DNA of 60,103 nt from a virus (lineage: Duplodnaviria > Caudoviricetes). The stretch lies in IMG/VR virus record IMGVR_UViG_3300027573_000033, positions 1 to 60,103 of that record. The stretch is one strand, 5' to 3'. The translations under genes were made by a program, and so were the position numbers. The notes beneath the pieces were generated by a model. The model made no database searches and had not been told where the DNA came from. It was given only the letters and a program-made list of their open reading frames with translations. This document shows, piece by piece, positions 50,626 through 58,615 of the stretch; position 1 is the stretch's first letter, and each line of letters opens with the position of its first letter.

Positions 50626-50971
50626 TTGCGACCGACCCCCTCTTACCCCTACCGTTGTGAACTAGCAAGAATGCCGAGTCCATTAAAACGATGTATGCCA
50701 CGAATTTTTCGTCATCGTCCTCCGGCGTGCCGAACTTATCCATATACGCCACGATATCCGTCATAGATATCGGGTTTATCGCCATCCCAACCTGGCGCCT
50801 AGTGGACAGCGTCAGGAACGTTCGGTAATACGCCCACAAATGAGCGGGCACATCGGGCTTAGACTTGAGCGCCTCTGGCTCTATCTTCGTCTGAGCCCAC
50901 ACATCGTCTAGAAAGTCCTCCCGAGGCGCCCACTCCGCATGCCACTTGACGCACTCCGTCAGGATTTTCCC
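50585..50971 (-). CDS. Tail assembly chaperone, frameshifted extension (gpGT-like)
   Basis: -1 frame GKILTECVKW... entered at GGGAAAA; F..LST.R..GM...PI....I.AY motif. Confidence 0.75.
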   Translation of the reverse strand, partial: GKILTECVKWHAEWAPREDFLDDVWAQTKIEPEALKSKPDVPAHLWAYYRTFLTLSTRRQVGMAINPISMTDIVAYMDKFGTPEDDDEKFVAYIVLMDSAFLLVHNGRGKRGSVASDSRGETPSSSRR

Positions 50972-51345
50972 TCTTCTTCCATCTCCTCGGCCCGGAAATT
51001 CTCCAGGTCTAGCGCGAACTCCTGCAAGAACTCGCGCAAATCGTCGTTGTTCTTGAGGGCCATCTCCGCCATCTCCGGCGAAAATGGGACCTCCTCCTTG
51101 TTGGAGTTGATGACGTCCTTCCAGTCCAGAAGGAGTCCGCCGGCCATCGCCTCGCATAGGATGTCACGAGAGATGGACGGATCCAGAGTTCCCTTCTCGA
51201 TCTTACGACGATGCGGAGCCTGAAGCCGGTTCAAGATGCGCTGAAACCTGATGGACCCGGTGTGGGCCACCTTGAACTGGCTATCTCCGAACTTCGTCCA
51301 AACTCCCTTATCTTGATTACTCTTATTCCGATCGACTACGATCAT
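50959..51345 (-). CDS. Tail assembly chaperone (gpG-like)
   Basis: Between the tail tube and tape measure genes; ends EEEGKS over the slippery site G-GGA-AAA (50971-50965). Confidence 0.8.
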   Translation of the reverse strand: MIVVDRNKSNQDKGVWTKFGDSQFKVAHTGSIRFQRILNRLQAPHRRKIEKGTLDPSISRDILCEAMAGGLLLDWKDVINSNKEEVPFSPEMAEMALKNNDDLREFLQEFALDLENFRAEEMEEEGKS

Positions 51346-51365
51346 CTTAACGCCTCCGCAGGGTT

Positions 51366-51400
51366 AAAAAACCTCCCCGGTCGTCGCTGACCCGGGGAGG
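51366..51400 (-). terminator. Rho-independent terminator after the tail tube gene
   Basis: CCTCCCCGG...CCGGGGAGG followed by T6. Confidence 0.75.
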
Positions 51401-51410
51401 GCCAGGAGAA

Positions 51411-52367
51411 TTACGGGCCGACTGGCGTCGCGTCGCGCGTGACCTGGAAGATCGAGGTGGTCACCGAATCGTACACGCCCTTCCACGTGGCCGAGAACAT
51501 CAGGTCCTGATCGAGGCCGCCGGCCACGACATTGCCGGACTCGAACTTCGCCTTAGGGACGATGATCTCGTACGTGTTATTCTGCACGTCACGCACCTTG
51601 AGGAGCAGTGCGAACGACGTCGCCGCGATGAACTTGTCGAGGAGGGTCTTATCCTGGAAGTACGCCTCGATCGAGCCGCCCAGGTCGATGCGACCCAGGG
51701 CGATGCCGACCGCCCCGAGGTTGGCGATAGCGCGCTGGGACCTCAGCGAGTTGTTGTACGACAGTGACAGCTTGCTGAAGAGCTGGGTCGACGTGATGCC
51801 GTCCTCCTTGATCTCGATGATGTTCGAGACCGCGTTCATCGGCGTATTCGTCGTCACAGCTGGGAACGTCGCGCCGGCGATCTGCGATGCCGACGTAGAG
51901 GCGTTGAGCCCGAGGACCCCGAACTTGCCGGTAACGATCTGGCCAGTCTCGAAATTCAGGTCCATCGAGCCCATGCGACAGCCCTTGAAGGTCAGGTACA
52001 CGGCCGCCGTCGTATCCTGGAAGTGCTTCTGGAACGTGAAAGACCTGAGGGTCGTACCGTTCTCCAGCGTAGCCACGCCAGACACAGGCGCGCCCCACGT
52101 ACCGCAGAGCACGGCCTCGATCAGGTCGTCAAACGCGTCGTAACAGAACTCCCAGTTGATGTCGCCGGCCACCTCACCGGAGACCTGGACAAGGTCGGCC
52201 GTAACGCGATCCTCGCGGATTTCGTTACTGGTGATGTTGCTGATGTTGTAGTTCAGCGACTCGCCGGTGTACCGGATACCCTTGAGGGCCGGCGTGGCCG
52301 GCGTGGTCCCGAGGACGGATTCGGCGACGTACCGGAGCGCCGTGCGATTTGAGGTACCGATAGTCAT
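51411..52367 (-). CDS. Major tail tube protein
   Basis: Y.AE...GTTP.TP....R.TGESL, S.EIR.DR, GD.N.E motifs. Confidence 0.85.
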   Translation of the reverse strand: MTIGTSNRTALRYVAESVLGTTPATPALKGIRYTGESLNYNISNITSNEIREDRVTADLVQVSGEVAGDINWEFCYDAFDDLIEAVLCGTWGAPVSGVATLENGTTLRSFTFQKHFQDTTAAVYLTFKGCRMGSMDLNFETGQIVTGKFGVLGLNASTSASQIAGATFPAVTTNTPMNAVSNIIEIKEDGITSTQLFSKLSLSYNNSLRSQRAIANLGAVGIALGRIDLGGSIEAYFQDKTLLDKFIAATSFALLLKVRDVQNNTYEIIVPKAKFESGNVVAGGLDQDLMFSATWKGVYDSVTTSIFQVTRDATPVGP

Positions 52368-52370
52368 GGC

Positions 52371-52760
52371 TTAAAACTCCTCGCGATAAAACGGACAATC
52401 TACGTTCACCTGGTACCACCCATCGGTGACCCCTACCCGCATCATCTCGGGGACGTAGAACTGGATGTTACCTAAGCGCCTATTTCGAAAAAGCGGAGTG
52501 ATCAGATCGGCCAACTCCGTCGCCCGACCCCACCCTAAACCGCTCCTGGTAAAGATTTGAACACAAAAAAGGCCATTATACCTGAATAGCGGGTCCGCAC
52601 CCATCGACGCCTGCCTCCCCGAGGCAGGTAAAACGGTGATACGAACCCACTCCGTCAGACTTTGAGGTTCGAAATCCACGTTATCGCGAGCGACCTGCGT
52701 ATAGGTCCAGTTAGTCACAAACTCTGACTCTATGCTGACCTGGGCGGCTTGGTAGCTCAC
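52371..52760 (-). CDS. Tail terminator protein
   Basis: Position; WVR, G...QIF...G.G, WYQVNV..PF. Confidence 0.75.
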   Translation of the reverse strand: MSYQAAQVSIESEFVTNWTYTQVARDNVDFEPQSLTEWVRITVLPASGRQASMGADPLFRYNGLFCVQIFTRSGLGWGRATELADLITPLFRNRRLGNIQFYVPEMMRVGVTDGWYQVNVDCPFYREEF

Positions 52761-53131
52761 GTATTACGTAAAGATTCCAGTGTTAGTTTGACCATGTACG
52801 CCGCCGGGTTCTTGGGGCTGCCATTCTCGACCACATCGGCGTACGGGATAGCGTTGGTGATGTAGACGGTCGGATACCTGGGCAACTTACCGAGAGTTTT
52901 CGGGATGCTCGGGGGGCCGATCGGCACCAGCGCGGAGCCGGTTGTCGTCGTAGACAGGTCCTCTGACCCCTCTCGAATGCGCCAGGAAGCCCTCAAGTTA
53001 CCGGTAAAATATGGGGTTCTGTGGATCACGCCAGCAAAGATCTCTATGGCCACCTCTTCGGTGACCTTCTTGACGGAGTCGTGCAACGTCGGCACAAACT
53101 CCATCGGGCTGACGACCCACTGTGAGGGCAC
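52757..53131 (-). CDS. HK97 gp10-like tail completion protein
   Basis: TP..TG.LRASW, YITN..PYA...E.GS. Confidence 0.75.
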   Translation of the reverse strand: MPSQWVVSPMEFVPTLHDSVKKVTEEVAIEIFAGVIHRTPYFTGNLRASWRIREGSEDLSTTTTGSALVPIGPPSIPKTLGKLPRYPTVYITNAIPYADVVENGSPKNPAAYMVKLTLESLRNT

Positions 53132-53132
53132 C

Positions 53133-53492
53133 CTATCTCCTCAACTGAAGGGTTCTAACGCCGACATGGTTACCCACGTACGTTGGAGTGATCTTGACCA
53201 GATTATACGATACGCCGTTAAACTCCACCGAATCGCTAAGGTCGATCGGAACGGATACGGAAAAGTCTATCAGCTTTACGTCGTCTGACCTGACCAGGTC
53301 GCCGTCCACCTCATCGCTCTCCCACCGATCGACGGAGGCCTTGAGATACTTTGTGACCTCAGTGGGCTCGGCCTTACCGGTGGAGTTGTTAAAAACCGTA
53401 GACGTGGATTTCAGGGTGATGGTGATGACGAGATCGCCAAGCGAGCTCTGAGCCCGGTCTATGGCGTGCAAGACGGTGCTCGAGAGGCTCAT
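53133..53492 (-). CDS. Head closure/stopper protein
   Basis: Position; VDG..V...D.K, LQLR terminus. Confidence 0.7.
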   Translation of the reverse strand: MSLSSTVLHAIDRAQSSLGDLVITITLKSTSTVFNNSTGKAEPTEVTKYLKASVDRWESDEVDGDLVRSDDVKLIDFSVSVPIDLSDSVEFNGVSYNLVKITPTYVGNHVGVRTLQLRR

Positions 53493-54001
53493 GTCCTCAC
53501 CAGTTTGGCCACCTTAACGGACCTACCGCCGGCCGCCCCCTCGTACGTACCCCAATGGGACAGTAGGGATAGGACGGTCCTGGGCACGGCGTACTTAGCC
53601 GCTAACTCGTCAAAGTCGACTCGAATCGAGCCAACCCTAACCGTATCGAGATCGGAGATGACGCCGGTGTATTCGCCATCTTTCAGTATCTGGAGAGCCA
53701 ACTCGCACTGCGCCTGCTTGATTGGCAGGGGGATCGTAGTGTCGGTTACCTCTCGACCGTCGACGTCCTCGACGTACTTTCTCGGCCACCTCAAGGACTG
53801 GGTGTCAGAGGCCACCACGCCGATCCACGAAAAATCGGAATCGAGGACTATGGCTGCCGTAACAAGGGAGGCCTCCCTGAACAGGGTTTGAGCCTGAAGC
53901 CACTTCTCCGACCCTAGGCGGGACGAGAAGAAGGAGTCGGCAAACGCCAAATCACAGTAGCTATTGGCGTTTGCCGCTCCGGCGGTGGCGACCAGGGCCA
54001 A
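53489..54001 (-). CDS. Head-tail adaptor protein
   Basis: ANSY.....AD..F, Q.L.WPR, IP..IK.AQCELA, VG.I.V. Confidence 0.8.
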   Translation of the reverse strand: MALVATAGAANANSYCDLAFADSFFSSRLGSEKWLQAQTLFREASLVTAAIVLDSDFSWIGVVASDTQSLRWPRKYVEDVDGREVTDTTIPLPIKQAQCELALQILKDGEYTGVISDLDTVRVGSIRVDFDELAAKYAVPRTVLSLLSHWGTYEGAAGGRSVKVAKLVRT

Positions 54002-54244
54002 TTACTTCTTCCCCACGCCCAGAGACTCTTCGGCGGCCGAGGATTTGGCCCTGGCCGCCAGGTCGAGCTCGTACTTCTCGAGGTCCATGATCTTGCAGGC
54101 GTAGAACCCGCAAAGGATCGGCGTCAAAACCTTCGCCTCATCGTCATCGTTGATGACCATGACCCCGTCGACGAACTTGTATCGATCGGCGATGATCTGA
54201 TTTCGCCCCTCGCGCTTGCCCGTGCAGATGAACACTTTTGCCAT
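54002..54244 (-). CDS. Small protein after the capsid gene
   Basis: Start MAKVFIC after AGGAG; Y.FVDG motif. Confidence 0.65.
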   Translation of the reverse strand: MAKVFICTGKREGRNQIIADRYKFVDGVMVINDDDEAKVLTPILCGFYACKIMDLEKYELDLAARAKSSAAEESLGVGKK

Positions 54245-54313
54245 CTCTACTCTCCTGGTCAGGTTGAGACGCGGGAGCCTTCTTCGGGCCCCCGCCACAG
54301 GCCGGTCGCCCGG

Positions 54314-55219
54314 CTAGTTCGTGGTCTCGGTGATCGCCGCCAGGCCAAGGTTCGAGAACAGGGCCATCCCGCAGTACATCTTGACGCGGGTGATCGTCTC
54401 GTCCTTCGTCTCCGACGTCCCGACCTCCTCCACACGGACGCCGGCGGCGCCTCGAGCGGTCAGGCCGGAGATCCCGTAACGACCGGAACCGTCGTCGAAC
54501 GAGCCGCCGAAGATCGTCGTCTCGTTCACGCCGCCACCGCCGTTGATCGGGATCCAGTCGTTCGTGAACAGCGGAACGCCGCGATACGTCGGGACCGTAC
54601 GACCTGACGGCAGGGTCACGACCTCGCCAATTCCGGCTCCGCCGAGGGCTCGCAGTTGCGAGTAGTACGAGCGGATCGAGCGGGCCGGCATCATGAAGTA
54701 GTCGACCTGGCCGTCCTTGTCCTTGACCTTATCGATCAGTTCGTCGAGGTGGGAGAAGTCCCACGTACCGGCGTTGCGATCGATCTTTTGTGACGCGGGC
54801 AGGAGCGACAGCAGGCCGGCGAACGAGTCGTTCAGGCCGTCACCGCTGATCATCGTCTCCTGGTACTTGCGCCCCAAGCTCTTGGCCTTCGAAGCGACCT
54901 GGGTCGCCTTCTGGTCGGTGTAGTCCGACCGAGTCGCCTGGATGAGACCGTTGACTTCGGCGTCGCCGATGAGGGTCGTCAGGCTCGACGTGACCTTGGT
55001 GAACGTCGCCGCGGCCTTGGCGGTGATGGTGCCACCCACGCCAAGGAACTGGACATCGCCGAGCACGTTCTCGCGATTATATGCGAGCGCGTTGCCCTCG
55101 ATCTCCATGAAGGGGAGAAACTCGAAAATCGCGTTGGTCGTGACGATGTTCTCGATCACGCCCGCCAGGAGCATGTCCTGGGTGAGTTTGGCCGATTCGG
55201 CCAGGGTGACTGATGCCAT
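54314..55219 (-). CDS. Major capsid protein (YuA/M6-like)
   Basis: MASVTLAESAKL.QD.L.AGVIENI...LPF..IEGN.LAYNRENVLGDV. Confidence 0.92.
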   Translation of the reverse strand: MASVTLAESAKLTQDMLLAGVIENIVTTNAIFEFLPFMEIEGNALAYNRENVLGDVQFLGVGGTITAKAAATFTKVTSSLTTLIGDAEVNGLIQATRSDYTDQKATQVASKAKSLGRKYQETMISGDGLNDSFAGLLSLLPASQKIDRNAGTWDFSHLDELIDKVKDKDGQVDYFMMPARSIRSYYSQLRALGGAGIGEVVTLPSGRTVPTYRGVPLFTNDWIPINGGGGVNETTIFGGSFDDGSGRYGISGLTARGAAGVRVEEVGTSETKDETITRVKMYCGMALFSNLGLAAITETTN

Positions 55220-55343
55220 TGAGGCCTCCAGAGATGGTTGAGTGATACCGGCCGAAGCGGACCCCGCTCCTTCACTCCATCACCGATGGAGGAGAGTGCC
55301 GCTCTAAGGAAACCCCGTACCCTTAGAGTTACACTCTTAGCTG

Positions 55344-55372
55344 ATTATACCACACTTATCTTCACATGTAAA
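55344..55372 (-). promoter_or_regulatory. Sigma70 promoter of the capsid/tail operon
   Basis: TTTACA-N17-TATAAT with TG extension. Confidence 0.75.
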
Positions 55373-55417
55373 CAAGAATGTTCATAGTCCCCCATGGAAT
55401 AATCACGATCCCTGGGG

Positions 55418-55711
55418 CTATCGCTCCGATACGTTCAACTGGATGGTCCTATCCTCCTGTCGACCGCCGGCCGATGTGATGTGACAGGTAACCAGGTAGG
55501 TCTTACCGGCCTCACCTCCAGAGATCCACACTGTGGCCTTCTTTAGGGTGGCCGAACTGGTTGCCACAGTTAGCCCAGCAGTGGCCTGAAACGTGGCCGA
55601 AGATATGTCGTCCACCCCAAGCCAGGCCGTCCAGTCAAATGTGTAGTCTAGGATCGCGTTAGGGTCCTTGTCAATGGCCGGAAACGGCCCTTCGCCAACT
55701 ACGAAGCCCAT
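55418..55711 (-). CDS. Fibre-virion adaptor (Gp77-like Ig fold)
   Basis: KDP.A.LDY.FDW..WL..D.I, ATVWISGG..G.TY.VTC.ITS..GR..DRTI. Confidence 0.7.
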   Translation of the reverse strand: MGFVVGEGPFPAIDKDPNAILDYTFDWTAWLGVDDISSATFQATAGLTVATSSATLKKATVWISGGEAGKTYLVTCHITSAGGRQEDRTIQLNVSER

Positions 55712-57372
55712 GGTTCCTCCGAAGTATCAATCTCACGATCCTCTATGTCAAGGACCAGCTCTCTAATTTCGCCATCCAGCGCGAGCGATCTGTCATCAGC
55801 TGTCAGGGTCAGGGTCCTATTCGGATCAGGTATAGACCCGTATGCCACGACCGAACCGGCCAGGGCCTGCGCTATGACCTCGGCGATAAACCCGGCGGCC
55901 TGACTAGCGGCCGATACGGCTCCTGATATGAACGATGCTGCGACCTCGGATGTGACCCCGATCGAGGATCCGTGACCTTCGGTCGACCCAGACACCGGCA
56001 CGGATGCGACCGTTACGACCTGACCACTAGCCACCGCTCCGCTACCGCCCTCGGCCGCGCCCGCGATGACCGATGCGGAGACGGACTGCACCTGTCCGGA
56101 TACCTGGCTATCGGCGATCGGTCCGCCGGCTATGGCCGAAATGGCGGCCGAGGTCATCGCCCCGTTCACTTGCGAAGAGGCCGTTGCGGATCCGGCAACC
56201 AGCGCAACTGTGGTGACGATGACCTGGCCATTGGCTGTAGCGCCCGAAGTGCCCTCCGCCGTCCCGGGCAACGCAGTTATCGTCGCGGTCTGCGTAGCTG
56301 CTGTCGTCTGGGCATCGGCGCTCGGCGCACCCGCCACCGCAGAGGCCGTAGCGGTGACCGTGGCCCCGTCAGCAGTGCCCGCCGACTCGCCCGTAGCGGT
56401 CCCCGCCACTGCGGTGATCGTCGCGGTGACCGTGGCAGCCGTCGTCTGCGAATCAGCCGTGACGCTGCCCACGATGGGCGAGATCGTCGCAGTGACCGTC
56501 GCACCCGTCGCTTCTACCGAGGGCGCTCCACTGACCGCGCTGATCGTCGCGGTGTTGGTGACGCCCGTCGCTTGCGCATCTGCCGTCGGCGATCCGGCGA
56601 CCGCGCTGATCGTGGCAGTGACCGTCGCGCTCGGCGCATCTCCGCCCGAGGAGCCCGTCGCCTGACCTTCGATGGCGCTGATCGTGGCGGTGACCGTCGC
56701 CGCTGCCGCTTGCGAGTCCGCCGTCGCGCTACCGGTGACCGCGCTGATGGTTGCGGTGACCGTAGCCGCTACGTTCTGTCCGTCGCCCGTCGCGCTGCCG
56801 GCGACTGCAGAGGAGGTGACGCTGCTGGTGACGCCCGTTGCCTGCGCGTCAGCGGTCGGGCTCCCCGAGATCGCGCTAATCGTCACCGTCTCCGTGGCGC
56901 CCGGCGCATCGTTGCCCGCCGTAGCGGAGCCAGCGATAGCCGAGATGGTGGCGCTGTTGGTGACGGCGACGGTTTGCGCATCTGCCGTGGGACTACCTAC
57001 TACAGCACTGATCGTAGCGGTGACTGTTGCGGCGGTGTTCTGTCCGTCCCCGGTGGCGCTGCCCGCGATGGCGCTCGCGGTCGCGGTATTGGTGACGCCC
57101 GTCGCGCTGACATCCGCCGCGCCAGTGACCGCGTTCGCAGTAGCGGTGACCGTCGCCGCCGTGTTCTGCGAGGACGCGGTAGCGCTGCCGACGACCGCGC
57201 TCGCCGTGACGCTGACCGTCGCGCCCGGCGCCGTGGCATCGCCCGATGCCCCCTCGGGAACCTCCAGCTCAATCCACGAGACCTCCGCCCGGTACGCGAC
57301 CTTGCCCGGCAGCCACAGCTGCGAGCGCGGCGCGTAGTGCCGGCGGAATGGCGGGCGAAAGACGTGCGACAT
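55699..57372 (-). CDS. Fibre 'rope' protein with about 21 repeats of ~22 aa
   Basis: Repeated (D)AQ..AATVTATISAVAGS.TA; N-terminal RAEVSWIELEVP; C-terminal 9-aa R.L.L..[DE] repeats. Confidence 0.7.
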   Translation of the reverse strand: MSHVFRPPFRRHYAPRSQLWLPGKVAYRAEVSWIELEVPEGASGDATAPGATVSVTASAVVGSATASSQNTAATVTATANAVTGAADVSATGVTNTATASAIAGSATGDGQNTAATVTATISAVVGSPTADAQTVAVTNSATISAIAGSATAGNDAPGATETVTISAISGSPTADAQATGVTSSVTSSAVAGSATGDGQNVAATVTATISAVTGSATADSQAAAATVTATISAIEGQATGSSGGDAPSATVTATISAVAGSPTADAQATGVTNTATISAVSGAPSVEATGATVTATISPIVGSVTADSQTTAATVTATITAVAGTATGESAGTADGATVTATASAVAGAPSADAQTTAATQTATITALPGTAEGTSGATANGQVIVTTVALVAGSATASSQVNGAMTSAAISAIAGGPIADSQVSGQVQSVSASVIAGAAEGGSGAVASGQVVTVASVPVSGSTEGHGSSIGVTSEVAASFISGAVSAASQAAGFIAEVIAQALAGSVVAYGSIPDPNRTLTLTADDRSLALDGEIRELVLDIEDREIDTSEEPWAS

Positions 57373-57378
57373 GCTAGG

Positions 57379-57867
57379 TCAGGCCAGTTCCTCAAACCAG
57401 ATGCAGCCCGAGCCGGTCAGCGCGTCGACCGGACCGGCGTTAGTCATGCCGATGGTCCAGTACTCGCCGGGCAGGATGATCGGGCGCATCTCCGGCGTGT
57501 AGATGACCTCCAGCGGGATGCGGACGTTCCAGCCGCGCTGTCCCATGTTCTGCAACGTGCCGGTGCCCGTGGCGAGGCGCGTGGTGTTGTTCGCCTCGAC
57601 CACCGCGCCCGCCGCGACATCGTTGCGCCCCTTGGCATAGATGGTCGGCGTCGACCCGCCCGAGCCAGAGGTCACAGTGCTGAACCCGCGTACCTCCTCC
57701 AGTCGCAGAATCTCCTCGGCGGCGTCGCCAACGTCTGAGATTTGGAACAGCACAAAGCCGTGGATGGCGACGGGCTTGCCGCTAGCCGCGAGCACCTCGA
57801 AAAAGTCGAGCGCGGTCGTCGCCGCCCACGTCACGCTGTTGAACTGTGCTTGGTACATGCGCATCAC
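57379..57867 (-). CDS. Fibre tip subunit
   Basis: 162-aa beta protein (D.FE, Q.SDVGDAAEE.LR, YTPE.RP, final W.EEL) directly upstream of the rope gene. Confidence 0.55.
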   Translation of the reverse strand: MMRMYQAQFNSVTWAATTALDFFEVLAASGKPVAIHGFVLFQISDVGDAAEEILRLEEVRGFSTVTSGSGGSTPTIYAKGRNDVAAGAVVEANNTTRLATGTGTLQNMGQRGWNVRIPLEVIYTPEMRPIILPGEYWTIGMTNAGPVDALTGSGCIWFEELA

Positions 57868-57868
57868 G

Positions 57869-58612
57869 TCACCTCACAAGGAGCGCCGTCGGGAGGCCCC
57901 GAGGCGGCGTAAAGAGAATCGACTTTGGCGGATCGGTCCACGTCAGCACGACGAGACCACGCGCGCCGGTCCCGCCCGCGCGATTGGTCGAGCTATTGGT
58001 GCGTCCGCCCGAACCGCCGCCACCGCCCGTCGTGCCGCTGCTGGTGCCGACCGCGCCCGCGCCGCCCGCAGTGCCCGTACCGCCGTCGCTGCCGTAGCTC
58101 GCGCGCCCGGTGCCCTCTGTAGCAGTGGTCGTATCGCCGCCCGTGCCGCCCGATCCCGCGCCACCACCGCCACCGCCGGATGATCCCGTTGGGCCAGCAC
58201 CCGCGCCGCCGTTGCCGCCCCGGTAGGTGGTGTCGCCAATCGACGTTCCCGCCGTGCCGTTACCGCCCGCGTAGGCCCCGGTGGACGCGCTACCGACGCC
58301 GCCCGGTCCGCCCTCGGCGTAGACCGTGCCTGCCGCGCTGAACCATGATGGGTTGCCGGTGCCGCCGGTGCCGCCCGCCGCGATCCCTGCCGTGCCGCCG
58401 GTGCCGACCGTGACCGTATACGGATTGCCTGCCGGTGAAACTGCGACGACCTTGATCGCGTATGCGCCGCCCGCGCCGCCGCCGCCTTGCGATGCGGTGT
58501 TGCTGCCGACGCCGCCACCACCGCCACCGCCGCCGACGCACTCGACCGTGACCGATGACACGCCCGCCGGGCAGTCCCACGTCGAAGTCGCGGTGAAGGT
58601 TTGCGTGCCCAT
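57869..58612 (-). CDS. Glycine-rich-domain fibre protein
   Basis: TFTA...W.CPAGV.SV.VEC.GGGGGG...Y.VTVG.GG...G.GA.G.VV.TW. Confidence 0.75.
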   Translation of the reverse strand: MGTQTFTATSTWDCPAGVSSVTVECVGGGGGGGGVGSNTASQGGGGAGGAYAIKVVAVSPAGNPYTVTVGTGGTAGIAAGGTGGTGNPSWFSAAGTVYAEGGPGGVGSASTGAYAGGNGTAGTSIGDTTYRGGNGGAGAGPTGSSGGGGGGAGSGGTGGDTTTATEGTGRASYGSDGGTGTAGGAGAVGTSSGTTGGGGGSGGRTNSSTNRAGGTGARGLVVLTWTDPPKSILFTPPRGLPTALLVR

Positions 58613-58615
58613 CGC

